Source: Paraspadella gotoi
Lineage: Eukaryota > Animalia > Chaetognatha
Assembly (NCBI GenBank): GCA_051294375.1
Contig: CM119269.1
Coordinates: 4,856,686-4,920,685, forward strand
Direction: 5' to 3'
DNA: 64,000 bases
Shown here: positions 41,701-55,510 of the stretch, piece by piece
How the letters are laid out: the number at the start of each line of letters is the position of its first letter
Numbering within the stretch: position 1 is the stretch's first letter
Made by a program: the position numbers and the translations under genes
Notes under the pieces: generated by a model
The model's input: the letters and a program-made list of their open reading frames with translations, nothing else
What the model was told of the DNA's origin: nothing
Databases searched by the model: none

Positions 41701-44700
41701 AACTCAAAATAAATAATAATCAAGTAAACAAGATATATAACTCATTAATAGACATAATTGCAGTAAACGGAATTAACAATAATGAAGTGGAAATTCAAAC
41801 AAAAAAACTTTAAAATCCAAATGCGTTAATAAATGTAATAACTGATTCAAGCTATCTTCAAGCCTTTGGCAAGCCCCTATCCTAATTTTTCTCTCCCAAA
41901 CTTTACATAATGAACAAGCACACATTTTAGAACCGCTTATAAACTTCCTATTGACATAACATTCCCACTGATTATGACCCTAGAATTTTTATTTAAGAGA
42001 AAACGGAAGGGTAGAGTGACAGCCAAACTATAAAGCGTAAAGAGTAGTGAATATTTAAAAAAATCAGCGTGGACGGCGACGACGACGACGACGACGACGT
42101 ACGACGGACGACGGACTACGTCACCCCAAAAAGAAGCTTGCGACCCGATATCAATATCAAGCCTGAACCGGCTTCGCCGGTCATGGCTTATAATATGTAA
42201 TTATATGTGGGCTCAGTACCGAATCGCGATCTCCAGAATCACAATCAAATAACATGCCGTTTTAGTTTTGGCTTATTCTGTAAGGTCATGTGCTATCCCC
42301 TACCAACCAAGTAACGACCTGACCGATAAACCAGATATTGAGTAATCATAAGTCTATCTCAGATACTAAAATCTTTTCTCTCTTTTTAATCATGTTGACA
42401 GAAAGTAACCGGGCGTAACGGTCTATGACTACCCCTACCGCCGATTAAAACGAACTGGAGCGAATTAGGTCCCGAGGACTACTCCTTCCAGCTTCCCTCT
42501 TCACGGTAAGCAAAGTCAAGACGTCCCGACCAGTCGTAAGACACACCCCGAGCCCAGTGCCCAAGCCACGCCCCTCCCGCCTTGGCCCCAGGTCCGGCCA
42601 GTATGGGGCAGGCGCCCCAGACCCCGTCGTAGTGGCATGGCATGGGGCATGGGGCATGGGGCATGGGGCTCACCGGCGGATGGACCCCGTGGGGAAGCCA
42701 GTGGGAACAGGCTCCTTGGGGAAATATATTAAAGAGATATGTTACGAGAGGAAGAGAAAAGAGAAGAAAAAACAAGAACGTAAGAAGGGAAACCCGCCGA
42801 GAAGCAGAGCACACCGAAGGAGAAGAGGAAAAAGAGAAAGCAGATCGCAGAAGAGCGAAGAGAGAGAAGGAGAAGAGAAGAGGAAAGAGCAAGCAGACCG
42901 AGTAATATCAGAAACCCGGCGGAGAAAGAGAAAAAAAGAACCCCGAGAAACCGAAGACCATAAAGCACGACCAGGAGCAAGTAGCCACGACCCTCATTCT
43001 TTGTTGGCCGGCCCCCGGTCCGAGCCTGCTCGTGACCGCTCCCTCCCTCGGAAACGTCCGCCCAACCGCCGGCGGTCCGGACCCCACATAAGGGGGACGA
43101 AGCTGGGAGGGGATGAAGACGCCCTGAATCGGGCGCATAGAGGCCCGGCGTGGGCCGACAGAACACTCTGCGGCCGACATTTCCTCGGCGTCGGATCCCC
43201 CTCTCTAAAGTAATCAGCCCGGACAACGTTTATTCAGAGAGCCAAACCGAGGAACTGTCCAAAAACAATATCGGGAATAACGAGCGAAAACCCAAGATTA
43301 TGATCGAAAGAAGGGCAACTCGGCGACGGAAAAGAAAAGAACAAGAGTGTAGCCATCGCCATAAGCCCGAAAGAGAGAGAGAAGGATACGCGCCAAACAA
43401 AAACCAATCGCTGCAGAATACCCGTACGAATAAATAACAGATAACCCGCGGCTCATTACGGATCGTGAGACGTCCGCGGATGATTAATGAAAAGGTAAAA
43501 AGACCGGAGAGAGAGAGAGAATCTAGAAAAGATAAAGAACGCGCCCACACCCGCGGATGCGAAAGAGAGAGTACCGGACACTGAAAGAAAGAGCGAGCAG
43601 ACCGGGCCCGGAGAGAAGGATAACCGGAACAGAGAGAGCAGCCCCACGAGACGACGGAGAGAGAGAGACGAGAGGAATGCGCGGAATAATGTGACGGGCG
43701 GCGAAACCGAAGATTGGCAAGCACCGAGAAGCTTGTTTGCGAGTCTCGGAGGGCCCTGAGCGAACGACCGACGGCCACCGCCCTGTCCCGCGATCCTCTT
43801 TATCTAAAGAAGTTTGCTCGACAAAACTAAAAATCTCGTCCGTAAATATATATAAAGATAAATCAAATAAAAAAATCACCGAACGACACCTCTGGGGTGG
43901 TTCCCGGGTGTGCGGGCGACGTCCGCAGCAAACACAGCAAGAACGAGGATACGCCGTTGCGGCAGGACCGCGCCGCAGCCGCCACGCCACGGGGGAGACC
44001 ACCCGCAGCCTCCCCGCGCTGAAAAACATGAAACGGAACACGGAGCGAACCACGAAAACGAACGACAGTAGGAAATTTCTCAAATATTAATAAAAAGACG
44101 TTCGACAACTGCTATTTTTTCGACGATGGACAGCAACGTCAACAACTTTTCAATATATAATTTCGATACTCTCATCATCAATCTTTTCAAATAAAAAGTC
44201 TTCAATTACCGGAATAGAGGGGTCGGGTGGAGGGCGAGAATACTCTCTACATCCGTGGGCGTCTGCTCATCTCTCTATACTTAATCTCTCTCTCCTTCAT
44301 ACTCCTGTGCTGGGCTCGGTGGCGTCTGGGCTCTTTCCTTCCTCTTGCGTTTGCGGGTGTCTTTGAGGAAGACACCACTCAGAAGCCCGGACCCTGGTGC
44401 GTTGCAGTTCCGATGCGTAAGATTGCGTCGCTCTGGAATTCACTTACCCTACCGTGGACACTTACCCTACCTGTGACGCGTTCGTACCCAGAGTATCTCA
44501 CCCCCTTCATCCTGATCGTTTTTACTCGTTTTCTCCACATCTTCATTTCTTTCAATTTCTCATATTTTACCCTATACTCTTTACCGTCAAGTTTAAAATG
44601 TTATTTAAATTTGAAGCTAAATAAAGATAACAAAAAAATAGGATTACCAATTTTTCTCTCTCGTAATTTCGTTTGTCACGTCTTTTTTATTCGTCCTTTT

Positions 44701-47700
44701 TTTTTCCTACCTTTCATTTTTTCATTGTGGTTCGTTTTTGTTGGAAAACATTGTTCTTCAGTCTCCTTGCGGATTTTTCTGTAATTAACTAATGCAATCT
44801 TATTTTGCACCTAGAGTCCACAGACGTACGCTTTCTGTGGCCCACAGAAGAAGTTCTGTTCTTTTCAAGCGCCAGCGTCCTTTGTTGAGCTCTTTAATCA
44901 CATTTCACCGCCCCGATGGGTATCACACCCAATTCCTCGCATTTCGCCGTCTCACTTAAATCCTCTGTCATTCACGATTCCAAAGTATATTTTTTTCGCA
45001 ATTCGGCATTTTTTCGCTCTGGCTTGTTTTTTCGCCGCGAGAGGCGCGTTGTTTCGGCTTTCATTGTGACGCGAAATGAAAACGACGCCGTTTCCCTTTT
45101 ATCTCGTTTTATGGGGTTAAGGGGATCACGGGTTAGCAAGAAAAGCCGAACGTCGATTCAAAGGTTTTTAAGGGAGGACGGCCGTTTTTCAATTAAAAAC
45201 ACGTATTTGTCAAAAATGTCACATTTTACTTTCGGCTGAAAAAACGTTTATATGGGGATATTTTCCAGCGATATTTCATGAATTCCAATTTTCAAAATTG
45301 AATAATTTCATTTCGGGTTTTATTTTAGTTAAAACGGTTTGAATTAGTTTCTGTTAACGATTTTATTTCTTTTTATAAAAACGGACTTTGTTCGGCTTTT
45401 ATTTTTCAAAGCCTGCATCGACGTTAACAGTTTTGACAAAAGACAAAAATTTCTGTGCAGAAGAAAAGGAGAGAAGTGAGAGAGGTGAGAGAGAGAGAGA
45501 GAGATGAGAGACTGAGGAGAGAGAGAGATAGAGGAGAAAAGTGAGCAAAAGTTTTTAAAATAAAAAAAACCAACTTTTAGTATAATTTTATTGTAAACCT
45601 AAATTTCCTTGTCTCTAACTCCTTGCCCCAATGCAAATTAAAAGTTGTTTTCAAAAAATGTTATATCTTTTAACCAACGAAGGGTCCAAATAATGGACTT
45701 ATTTTTGCTATTTCATCTTCCTAAATTAGGGAATTATAAAAAGTTTGTAGGTTTAAACGTATTCTAAAGAATAAGGTTAGGGATTATATTAAGCTATTAG
45801 GTTAATGATTAGGGGAGAGATTAGGGGTAAAGCCCACTAGTATTACCGCGGTTAGAGATTAGGTTTAGGGTTAGTTTTAGGGATTAGGGTTTAGCGGTTT
45901 TAGCCCAAATATACCTATATATATCTATTCTCGAGTTTCTTTTTTATTCGTACCATGAATACAGACCTGCGCAACGTTAAAAAAATATTAAGAAGATTAA
46001 AATTTTATCATTTATAAATTTATAAATTAATTTTAGATTTGTTTACGCGAGTTGATGATTGACTTCCCCGCACTCTTCGTTAAAGAAGTTTTGTCCTGCT
46101 CGCCCAATCTCATCGCCGAAATTGATTTTTTCCCTACATCTTTCTTTCATTGGTTATCTCCATTTTTCATTCTTCTAATCTCGTTCTTCATTTCTAATTC
46201 ATTCTTTCTTTCGTTCTCATTTTTCCCCATGATTGTTCATTCTCATCTTCTTCATCTTCATTTCGTCGGGTTGCTCCAGGGTGCTCTTCAACTTAATGTT
46301 TTAGTTTCTTTCTTTTCTCTCTCCTTGATGTAGAGCTGCTATCAGTAATCATAATTAGCGTAAATTGTTAACAAATTCGCCAACGTTTTCTCCAAAAATA
46401 TTGAGANNNNNNNNNNNNNNNNNNNNNNNNNGAAGCGGAAACGAAAATTAATTCGGTCGAATATGAAAATGGAAAAGTTGGCGCCAGAGACTCGAGGAGT
46501 TATTTTGCGAAGAGGGACGCGACGCAAAAGGGGGGGGAAGAGGAGAGAGAAAGTTTTCCCGCCAACGTATACCACAAATATTAGGGTTCACCTCTTGTTT
46601 ATATCGGCCGTGAATCCTCGCTCAGAAGTTTGCATTTTTTTTATTACAACGTAAACGTTTCGTTGCCATCAAAACGCCGTTATTAGGTCTGTTACCTCGA
46701 CATGTTTACTCGTTGCCCGCAAAACGGCCACGAAATCCAGGTCAAGTAACGTTATTTCTTCACATTTTCTCAAAAAAATCACGCAAAATCTCAGAATGTA
46801 AATGTGCGGATTTTGTATGAGACAAGAAGCGCGGAATACAATGGCGAGTAATAAAAAGTTTTTAGGAAGGAAAGCGAAAATAATATAGAATTTTTTTCAA
46901 AAATAACCTAGTAGGTAAATTTAAAAAAAGTATAGTGTATGGATAATAATAATTTTTTTTTGAGCTCAAAAAAGAGAGAGAGAGAGTGAGAGAGATGCAA
47001 GAATGAGAGAGATGAATACCAAAGCCTGAGAGTAGAGACTGTTGTCGGCTTGATGGAGTGAGCACGGTGTGAAAAGTCAAACGAACGAACGATTACGGGC
47101 GAGACCCAAAGAGGTGGATTGTGGCAGAATTGGAATGAAAGATCGATAGATCTCACCACATCGGGTGACATCAGCGGGGGGGGGGAGTTCTATCGATGTA
47201 TATATCGGGGGAAATAAGGAAACGCGGTCGTGATTCACCACATGGCGAGGGGGCATTGTCGCTCTATTCTGATGAACTATAATCGAGTCGTTAGTCTATA
47301 AGAATCACTGGTACCATCATTTGACTTTTGTATAAAGGCAGGAGCTGAACGCTATATCGCACAGAAAAGGACAACGTGACCATCGGCTCTCCAGACTGAT
47401 CAAATCGTATATGTTTTTAGAAAAAAAAAATAATCAGACGAACCTTTTTCAATAAAACTAGAATTTAAAATAAAGAAAAATTAGCGGATAAACAAACGAA
47501 CACCTGCACCAATACTAAACCTTCCTCTCTATTCCGCCAAGACGATTCGCACACAACAGAGAACAGAGAGAAACTGAACTCGTTTTTAAACGATTCAGAA
47601 AAGGGCAGCGCCTAAAAAAAAAATATAATAATTTATATAACTGATCTATATTTCAATATAGAAAGAAAGAAGAGGAATAAAAGGAGCAAGCAATGATTAC

Positions 47701-48957
47701 AAAAAATGAGCAAGTCTTAGACATATAAGACGGAGACTGGAAGAGAAACGAGCACTTTTCTCTCAATTTTTTCCGAGAGCCAAATCGCTCAAGCTATCAG
47801 ATGAAAGAAACGTGTCAATCTATATTGTATTGTGTACTATTTGTATATTTGCATAATTTTATAGCATATAGCTTCTCATTAGAAAAAATCCTTTAGTTCC
47901 TTCTATCGCTTATTTAGTAAAGTCCGTAGTCATCACCAACGTTCGTCAAGACAACAGCAAAACTCTTTTTTGAATTTCATCTTCAAAATTATATACGTGC
48001 AATATGTTAAATTAGCTTTAAGCATTTCTATATACTTAAATTTCCGATATTATAATCCAGCTACTGATAATTCTCGATTGCCGAAAATTATTTTGCTCTC
48101 TTCCAATGGAAAGTCGAGTAAAAAATTCTCAGCGTAAAATCGAGAGGATGGAAGTGGAAGAATTGAGTGCAGAGGAGCAACTAGAAATACTCTGTACACA
48201 ATCCAAACATGAGTGAGAGTGGAAGAAGAGACAGTCATCATTTAGAGCCTAAATTTCTCAAAAAAGTTAGACGAAGAAGCCATATCTGAATTGTTTGATA
48301 ATTTATCATCTTTCAGCTTCACATGATCGCACACTTTCCTTTGCAAAACGTTCTTCTAGAATTTTCCCTTAATTCATATATAGATTTTTATGTAAAAAAA
48401 AACGGTAAGTTACCAGCCTTAAACTTATAAAAGCGTAGTAGTTTTTTATTTAAAAACAAGCGGACGGCCGACCGACGACGACGACGCACGACGTACGTCA
48501 CAAAGAAGCTCACCGAATCAATANNNNNNNNNNNNNNNNNNNNNNNNNCGCCGGCCTCCGACAAATGGGTTTTCCTCTATCTGTTTATACAAGTCCCTCG
48601 GGGCCTGATAAACTTGTCCGGGGCTGAGACTGAGGGGCGGAAAGGGCCGAGGGGTCGCCGCCCTTCGCTTCTCTCTCCCCTCCCCAGCTTCGTCCCCCTT
48701 TGTGGGTCGGAGCGGCGTTGCATCGAGGGAGGACATCCGCCACGGGGCCGGGCAACAAAGATATTATTGCCCTCTTTCTCCCTCTTCTCTTCTCTTCTCT
48801 TCTCTTCTCTTCTCTTCTCTTCTCTTCTCTTCTCTTCTCTTCTCTTCTCTTCTCTCCTTTTTTCTTCTCTTTTCTCTTCCTCTCGTAACATATCTCTTTA
48901 TATATTTCCCAGGAGCCTGTTCCCCACTGGCTTTCCCCACGGGGTCATCCGCGGTGA

Positions 48958-49030
48958 GCCCCATGCCCCATGCCCCATGCCCCATGCCCCATGCCCCATG
49001 CCCACTGCCCCATGCCCCATTCCCACTGCC
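48958..49030 (-). repeat. (GGGGCAT)n heptamer repeat, G-quadruplex-forming potential (second copy 42633-42670)
   Basis: About 9 CCCCATG units on +. Confidence 0.85.
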
Positions 49031-50670
49031 AAGGCCACTTTGGATTTGGTTCTTACTTCACGTTGACTTTCTTACCTGAAGGAACTGAAAGTATCCTCCT
49101 AATTTCAGTTCGTTAATATATACATACGTTACCTATTTTTCAAAAATGATTAAAAAAAAAAAAGATTTGTTCTGAAATTGACTTATGTTACAATACTTTA
49201 CGGTAGGTACTTTTTAGATACATACCTACAGAATAAAAACTAACGGCTGTTTTGATTGTGATTCTGGAGACGCGATTTCTGAATTATTACATATTATCAA
49301 GCCATGACCGGCGAAGCCGGTTCAGGCTTGACTCGCATTCGGTCTCATGTCCCGATACGGATACGAAAGCCCAGCAATTTAGTCTCTTATAGATGAAGCC
49401 GGTAATCGAACAGCGGCACGCTACTCATATCGTTCGGAGGTACTCCGACAAACAAGCAATTAACCTCTATCAGAGCCTGCCATTATTCAATTGATAAAGT
49501 AGATACTCGGCTTAACGCATCAGTTTTTTAGGGCCTTCACGATCCCTCAAACAGACACTTTTTTCAAAGATATCGCCGCCCGAATATCGCCAATTCTCTT
49601 CTCTCTCTCTCTCTCGCTCTCTCTCTCTCACATCTTCTCTCTCATCTCTCTCCTCTCTCATCTCTCGCTCTCTCTCTATCTCTCTCTCACCCAGTCTCTC
49701 TCGTCTGTTCGGGCTTATGGCCACTGCTCTGGACCTTTTTCTCCCTAATTCAAACCGTTTTACTAAATAAAACCGAATGAAATTTATTCAATTTTTGAAA
49801 ATTGGAATTCATGAAATATCGCTGGAAAATATCCCCATAACGTTTTTCCGCCGAGTAATGTGACATTTTGACAAATACGTGTTTTTATTGAAAACGGCGT
49901 CTCCCCTTAAAAACCTTAGATCGACGTTCGGCCTTTTCTTGCATAAACCCGTGATCCCCTTAACCCCATAAAACGAGATAAAAGGGAAAAACGGCGTCGT
50001 TTCATTCGCGTCACATGAAGCGAACAAACGCGCCTCTCGCGGCGAAAAACAAGCAGAGCGAAAAAATGCCGACTGCGAAAAAATATACTTTGGAATCGTG
50101 AATGACAGAGGATTTAAGTGAGACGGCGATGCGAGGAATTGTGTGATACCTCGGGGCGGTGATGTGATTAAGAGCTCAACAAAGGACCTGCGCTTGAAAA
50201 GAACAAACTCTTCTGTTGGGCACAGAAAGCGTACGTCTGTGACTCTAGGTGCAAAATAGATTGCATTAGTTATTACAGAAAATCCCAAGGAAGATCTGAG
50301 AACATGTTTTCACAAAAAACGAACCACAATGAAAAAATGAAAGGTAGGAAAAAAAAAGGAACGGAAATAAAAAAAAGAGTGACAACGAATTACGAGAGAG
50401 AAAAAATTGTATCTATTTTTTTGTTTATCTTTATTTAGCTTCATTTAAATAAACATTTTAAACTTACGGTAGAGTTAGAAAATATGAGAAATTGAGAATG
50501 AAGATGTGGAGAAAACGAGTAAAACGATCAGGATGAAAAGGGGGTGAGATACTCTGGGGTACGAACGCGGTCACGGTAGGGTAAGTGTCACGGTAGGGTA
50601 AGTGAATTCCCGAGCGACGCAACGCAGGAATGAACGCCCAAGGTCGGCTCTGGGTGTTCCTAAAGACCCG

Positions 50671-50720
<50 letters not shown>

Positions 50721-50914
50721 GAATTATATTGAAGTTGTTGACGTTGCTGTCCATCGTCGAAAAATAGCAGTTGTCGACGTCTTGTTATTAATATTGAGAA
50801 ATCCTCGTCGTCGTCGTCGTCGTCTTCAGTAGCGGAGGCTGCGGCTGCGGCGGCAGCGGCGGCTGCAACGGCGTATCCCGNNNNNNNNNNNNNNNNNNNN
50901 NNNNNNNNNNNNNN

Positions 50915-51190
50915 TTTTTCGTTTTCGCGCCAAATTTTTGAGGGAAGAAAATTCGGAATGTTTGATTCCAAGCGACTCTACTTCCGCTGAGGGCGTAGAA
51001 GGGGTGAGAGGGGAGGGGGAGAAAGTGGCGGAGGCAAGGGGAGGGGGGGTTAACGGGTCAGATTTGGGGCCTCGAACTTTGAAAGAAATCAGCGGGGCGC
51101 TTAACTGAATGGAAGCTGTGAAGTTGAGATTTGAGAGTGGCATCGTGGCGTCTCTCTGGTAGCGGATATGATTGAGAGTGGCGTTGATTT
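50915..51190 (-). CDS. Candidate partial coding exon, Ser/Pro-rich with basic end (MPLSNLNFTASIQLSAPLISFKVRGPKSDPLTPPPLASATFSPSPLTPSTPSAEVESLGIKHSEFSSLKNLARKRK), truncated by a gap
   Basis: Non-repetitive, protein-like open frame in a higher-GC patch. Splice sites not established. Confidence 0.35.
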
Positions 51191-51752
51191 TAAAAAAAAT
51201 AAAGTATTTTTTCTCTAACAAAGTTTAAAGAGGAAAAAGAAAAAAATTATAAAATCGACCAAAAAAATATAAGAATATTTGCTGACAAACAATTTTTTTA
51301 AAATTTAATAATTTTGGAGAAACGTGGCAATTTGTTAAACAATTTTACGCTATACTGATCTGAGCATTCGGAGAGAGAAAGAAAGAATAAAACATTAGTT
51401 GATGGAGAACGAGAATGAAGAATGAAGAATGAGAATGAACAATCAGGGTGAAAAATGAGAACGAGAATGAAGAATTAGAATGAAGAACGAGAATGAAGAA
51501 TGAAAAATGGAGATAACCAATGAAGAAGATGTAGGGAAAAATCAATTTCGGCGGATGAGATTGGCGAGCGGACAAAACTCTTTAACGAAGAGTCGGGGAA
51601 ATCATCATCAACTCGCTAAACAAAATCTAAATAAATTTATAAATTTATAAATGATAAAATTTATCTTTCTTAATATTTTTTTAACGTTGCGAGTCGTATT
51701 CATTGGTACGAATAAAAAAAACTCGGAATAGATAATATTAGGTATATTTGGG

Positions 51753-51800
51753 CTAAACCCTAAACCCTAATCCCTAAACCCTAATCCCTAAACCCTAATC
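51753..51800 (-). repeat. Interstitial telomere-like heptamers, alternating TTTAGGG/ATTAGGG
   Basis: CTAAACCCTAAACCCTAATCCCTAAACCCTAATCCCTAAACCCTAAT on +. Confidence 0.75.
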
Positions 51801-52289
51801 TCTAACCGTAATACTTAGTGGCTTACCCTAATCTCTCACCCTAATCATTAACCTAATGCTTAATATATCCCTAACCTTATTCTTTAGAATACCGTTTAAA
51901 CCTACAAACTTTTATAATTCCCTATTTAAGATGAAATAGCAAAATAAGTCCATTATTTGACCTCGGTTGGTTAAAAGATATACATTTTTGAACAACTTTT
52001 TATTTGCATTGGGGCAAGGAGTTAAGAGCACAAAAAAATTTAGGTACNNNNNNNNNNNNNNNNNNNNNNNNNCTCTCTCTCTCTTCCTCTCTCTCTCTCT
52101 TCTCTCTCTCTCTTCTCTCTCTCTCTCTCTCTTCACCACCTCTCTCTCTCCTCTCATCTAGGAACCCGTGAGGCAGCAAAGGGCCAATTGCATCCAGACT
52201 TAATGGGTCTTCGCCTCTGCCTTTAAGAGAAACTATAACTCCGACTCAGCGACTGGCGAGCCATTTCTTCCAGCCGAATTTCTGCCTAA

Positions 52290-53773
52290 AATCCGTGTTT
52301 ATATTTTCCTTTTCTGTTTACAATCATTTCTAAGATAAGGAGATGGAATAGAAAATGTATTTGCTTTCTTTGGTGTTTTTTTTTTCAGAAAATTCCCTAG
52401 CGTTAGGCAAAATTGCGAACCACAAATACAAAAAACTCTAATCTTTCTACGATATTATAAATTTCTTATGAAAAAAATAATCTATATAAATCCTAATTTA
52501 TAAAAGCATTTATTTATACTTATTTACGAAAAAAAAAAGCAACCACCCCATCGGCAGGTTTCCCTGGAAGAAAAAAAAGAATAGTTCCTCTTCTCCATGC
52601 GAGCAAAACGTCGCTTTAATTCCCCCGGCACGAGAAAATCTCGAGCGTCACGCGGAAGAGAAGAAATCCCTACGAGCGACCCTGGAGATTGAGCATGATT
52701 GTTCGCGATGCCAAGAGACGGGGCCGGTTGAGGAGTACGGGGGGCGGGGGGAGAAACAGAGGGTGGGGGCTGGGATGGGTGAGTTCAGGTGGGCGACATG
52801 CTGAACGGAAGCCCAGGAACTCTTTTCACTTTTCACTTTTCATTCGGGAACCATAGCCCAAACTGTAAAAGGAGAGAGAGAAGAGAGGAGAGAGAGCGTG
52901 AGCGAGTAAGATATTTTTCGGGAGGGCAAATAATGTTGTCGGCAAGGTAGTTAGATGAGATGAGATGAGATGAGAGAGATGAGCATGAGGGGAGATGAGG
53001 ATGAGATGAGAGAGATAGATGAGATGAAAATGAGGTATATTTCCAATGAGATAGAGGACAAATTGATTGCTTAATAATATTGTCAGATCATGGTCAAGAT
53101 GCCAATTTCATATCTGATTAGTCGAAATGAAAGTCCGTATTTAACGGGATCAGACGCGACCCGGTGTGTCGCTAAAAGCGCATAAGGTCATCGGCCTATC
53201 TTTGATGTCTCTTTAAAAACAGAACTTTTGGCGTCAAATCTTAAGGAGCAATATCGATCGTCAAAAAAAACGATATTAAGCTCGCCAAACCAATATAAAT
53301 CGTTTTTGATAAGAGCTGAGTCTGTTGTTGTTATTAAACAGAACAGAAAAAAGTGAATTTATATAGTCTGTCTGCTAAAGCAAATTCGACTGAAATCCAT
53401 AACGATATCCCGCCTTTTCATTAATATATCAGAAGCCGTCATTTGCGGCCCGTCGCGTCTATCCGATCATCTTTGACTCTCAAAAACGGTCAAATATGAA
53501 GTCACAACCGTCCGAAAGGCGAAACTCGTTCTAGCATTCGCCTTTTCGTAATGCCGAACCGCGGGGGTCGCGTCTCCAATATTATACGGGGGTCAAATTC
53601 GCCCGGTCGAATTAAGGCTTTAAATAATTCGCTCTTAAATTAGGCGTACTTAGTTAAAAATAGAGTCCAGGCAACCATTTAAAGGACGAACCTCGCATCA
53701 AGCCAACCGAAGGACGACAACACAACAACGACAACAACAACGCTCTTCTCAAATCGATCGTTTGCTTCGGATC

Positions 53774-53804
<31 letters not shown>

Positions 53805-55510
53805 GATCTCCCTGACGGACCGATGAATAAACGCGCTGAGAAGATTGATCGACGAAAATGAAAGGAATAAATCGATTCGCGGTCGCAACAAAAAAAAAAG
53901 AAAAAAGAAAAAAAGAAAAAAAGAAAAAAAAGAGAGAAAGGAAAATCTGGCTTTTTCTGGCGGCTTGATGGCGCATGGGGGGCCCCGGGGGGAGGATATA
54001 TTTGCGAAGAATGGCGATGGCAATTACCTATATATTTGACGGTGGTTCTTTTCATGCGCAGTTCTGTATTTTATTTTTGTTGTAAATATGATTCGTCATG
54101 TAACATGAGGATAGATTTGAACTTTTTTTTTTTTGTTTTGCACGAAATAGGAAATTTTCTACATTTTAAGTCGCTCTTTTTCGTGCGCGACTAATTCATT
54201 TATTCGCAACTCGGGTCAGTTTTTGTTAGTATTAATTGATATTTTTCGCCGCATCGATTTAATGATCATTCTGATTTAAAAATACGCCGATTTTTTTCCT
54301 GCGATATCCTTCACGCACGTCTCCACCACTCCCAGCCACCTCCGACCCATGACCCACCTTCAAACTCCACCCATCCCCACGCCTCCGGTATGACCACCTA
54401 CCGATCCCTCAGTCTTACTCCCCTTAAAAAAAAGTCATGAGATTGAATTGTGGTGCCAATCACGATGGTAATGCTTCCCCATTGAATTCTTATGGAGGCG
54501 AAAGCGGAAGATTTATCTTGGAAACCCCTGAGCGAGGATGGGATTAGAGGGGAGGGGGAGAAAGGCGAGCTTGACCAATGAGGTTGGAACGAAGAGGTAA
54601 GAGGAGGGGGGGCAGTAAATTGGGAGGTAACAGAGAAAGGGGGTGGTTCGAAGTCAATTCCGTTAAAGGACGATACATAGTGAAGGAGACATGAGGCGTG
54701 GTCGAGGAGGAAAGAACAATCCATGGAAGAATTTGGGGTGTTTTTCATTTAGGAAGGTGAAACTAGAGTGGGGCTCGCCTAAGATTTTTATGTCGGGTGG
54801 TGGTTTTTCCAGCTGAAGGGTTTAAAACTGCAGTGTGTTTGGAAGTTAAAACAAGGCGGAGAGGCGTCGGCGGCGGCGCGGCGCGGCTGATTGAACTTTT
54901 ATGCAGATTCTTTTCGCGATGGGTCGTCGCTATTTGCGTTCACGAGGAAGAATGGTGAATCGTAGCTGATAGACCGTTCAACCGTGGCTATGGCCGTGGC
55001 AAGTGACTGTAGTTAATCTATATTGCGATTGACGCTTCCTTGCAACTCAGGGCAGTGACCGTGCAAGAACGAGGGCGGTTCGGTGACGCAAGCCGCACCA
55101 ATTTTGACGTTGATTCGATGTCGTGAAATTGTGAGAGTGAGACTTTCACATTTGGAGGAGAGTCAAGGTATCTTATCGTCGAATGAATTACAAAGAGAAG
55201 GGAAAATAAACGCCAGAGCGTTACAAGAACTGACGAGAAAATTTGCCTCTGTATCTTCTTGTAAATAACTAATATTAAAAAGGTAGAAGAAATTGTTATA
55301 GCGATTTATGAGGAATGAGTCCTGGTTTAAGGATGACTTCATTTAACTCATGATTGATATGTAATTTAAACGAGACCGAAGCTTCGAATGAAAAGTTTTT
55401 ACGAGTTAATTTAAACTTTAAACTTTAAACTTTTAAACTTTAACTTAAAAATTAAACTTTAAACTTTTAAACTTTTAAAACTTTTAACTTTTAAACTTTC
55501 AACACTTCCA
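52290..55510. repeat. Large inverted duplication: 52290-52780 to 60461-60942 and 52790-55510 to 61055-63735
   Basis: Continuous reverse-complement similarity, e.g. CTCTTTTCACTTTTCACTTTTCATTCGGGAACCAT (52820, rc 63662-63696) and AAACGAGACCGAAGCTTCGAATG (55368, rc 61169-61191). Differences are mostly indels. Confidence 0.9.

Larger units (their letters stand above)
40180..52047. repeat. Multi-block duplication: 40370-42140 direct to 46700-48520; 42157-43250 inverted to 48549-49331; 43945-45345 inverted to 49750-50880; 45595-46400 inverted to 51310-52047
   Basis: Shared anchors CACGAAATCCAGGTCAAGTAA (40399/46729), AAAGAGATATGTTACGAGAGGAAGAG (42731, rc 48874-48899), and GGGGATATTTTCCAGCGATATTTCATGAATTCCAATT (45253, rc ~49800-49836). 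Confidence 0.9.

Noticed and set aside
49809-50288. 159-aa minus-strand ORF and the 144-aa ORF at 61220-61654
   Set aside because: No domain similarity, weak splice support, and the frame is not preserved in the duplicate copies (those copies are noisy, so not fully excluded).
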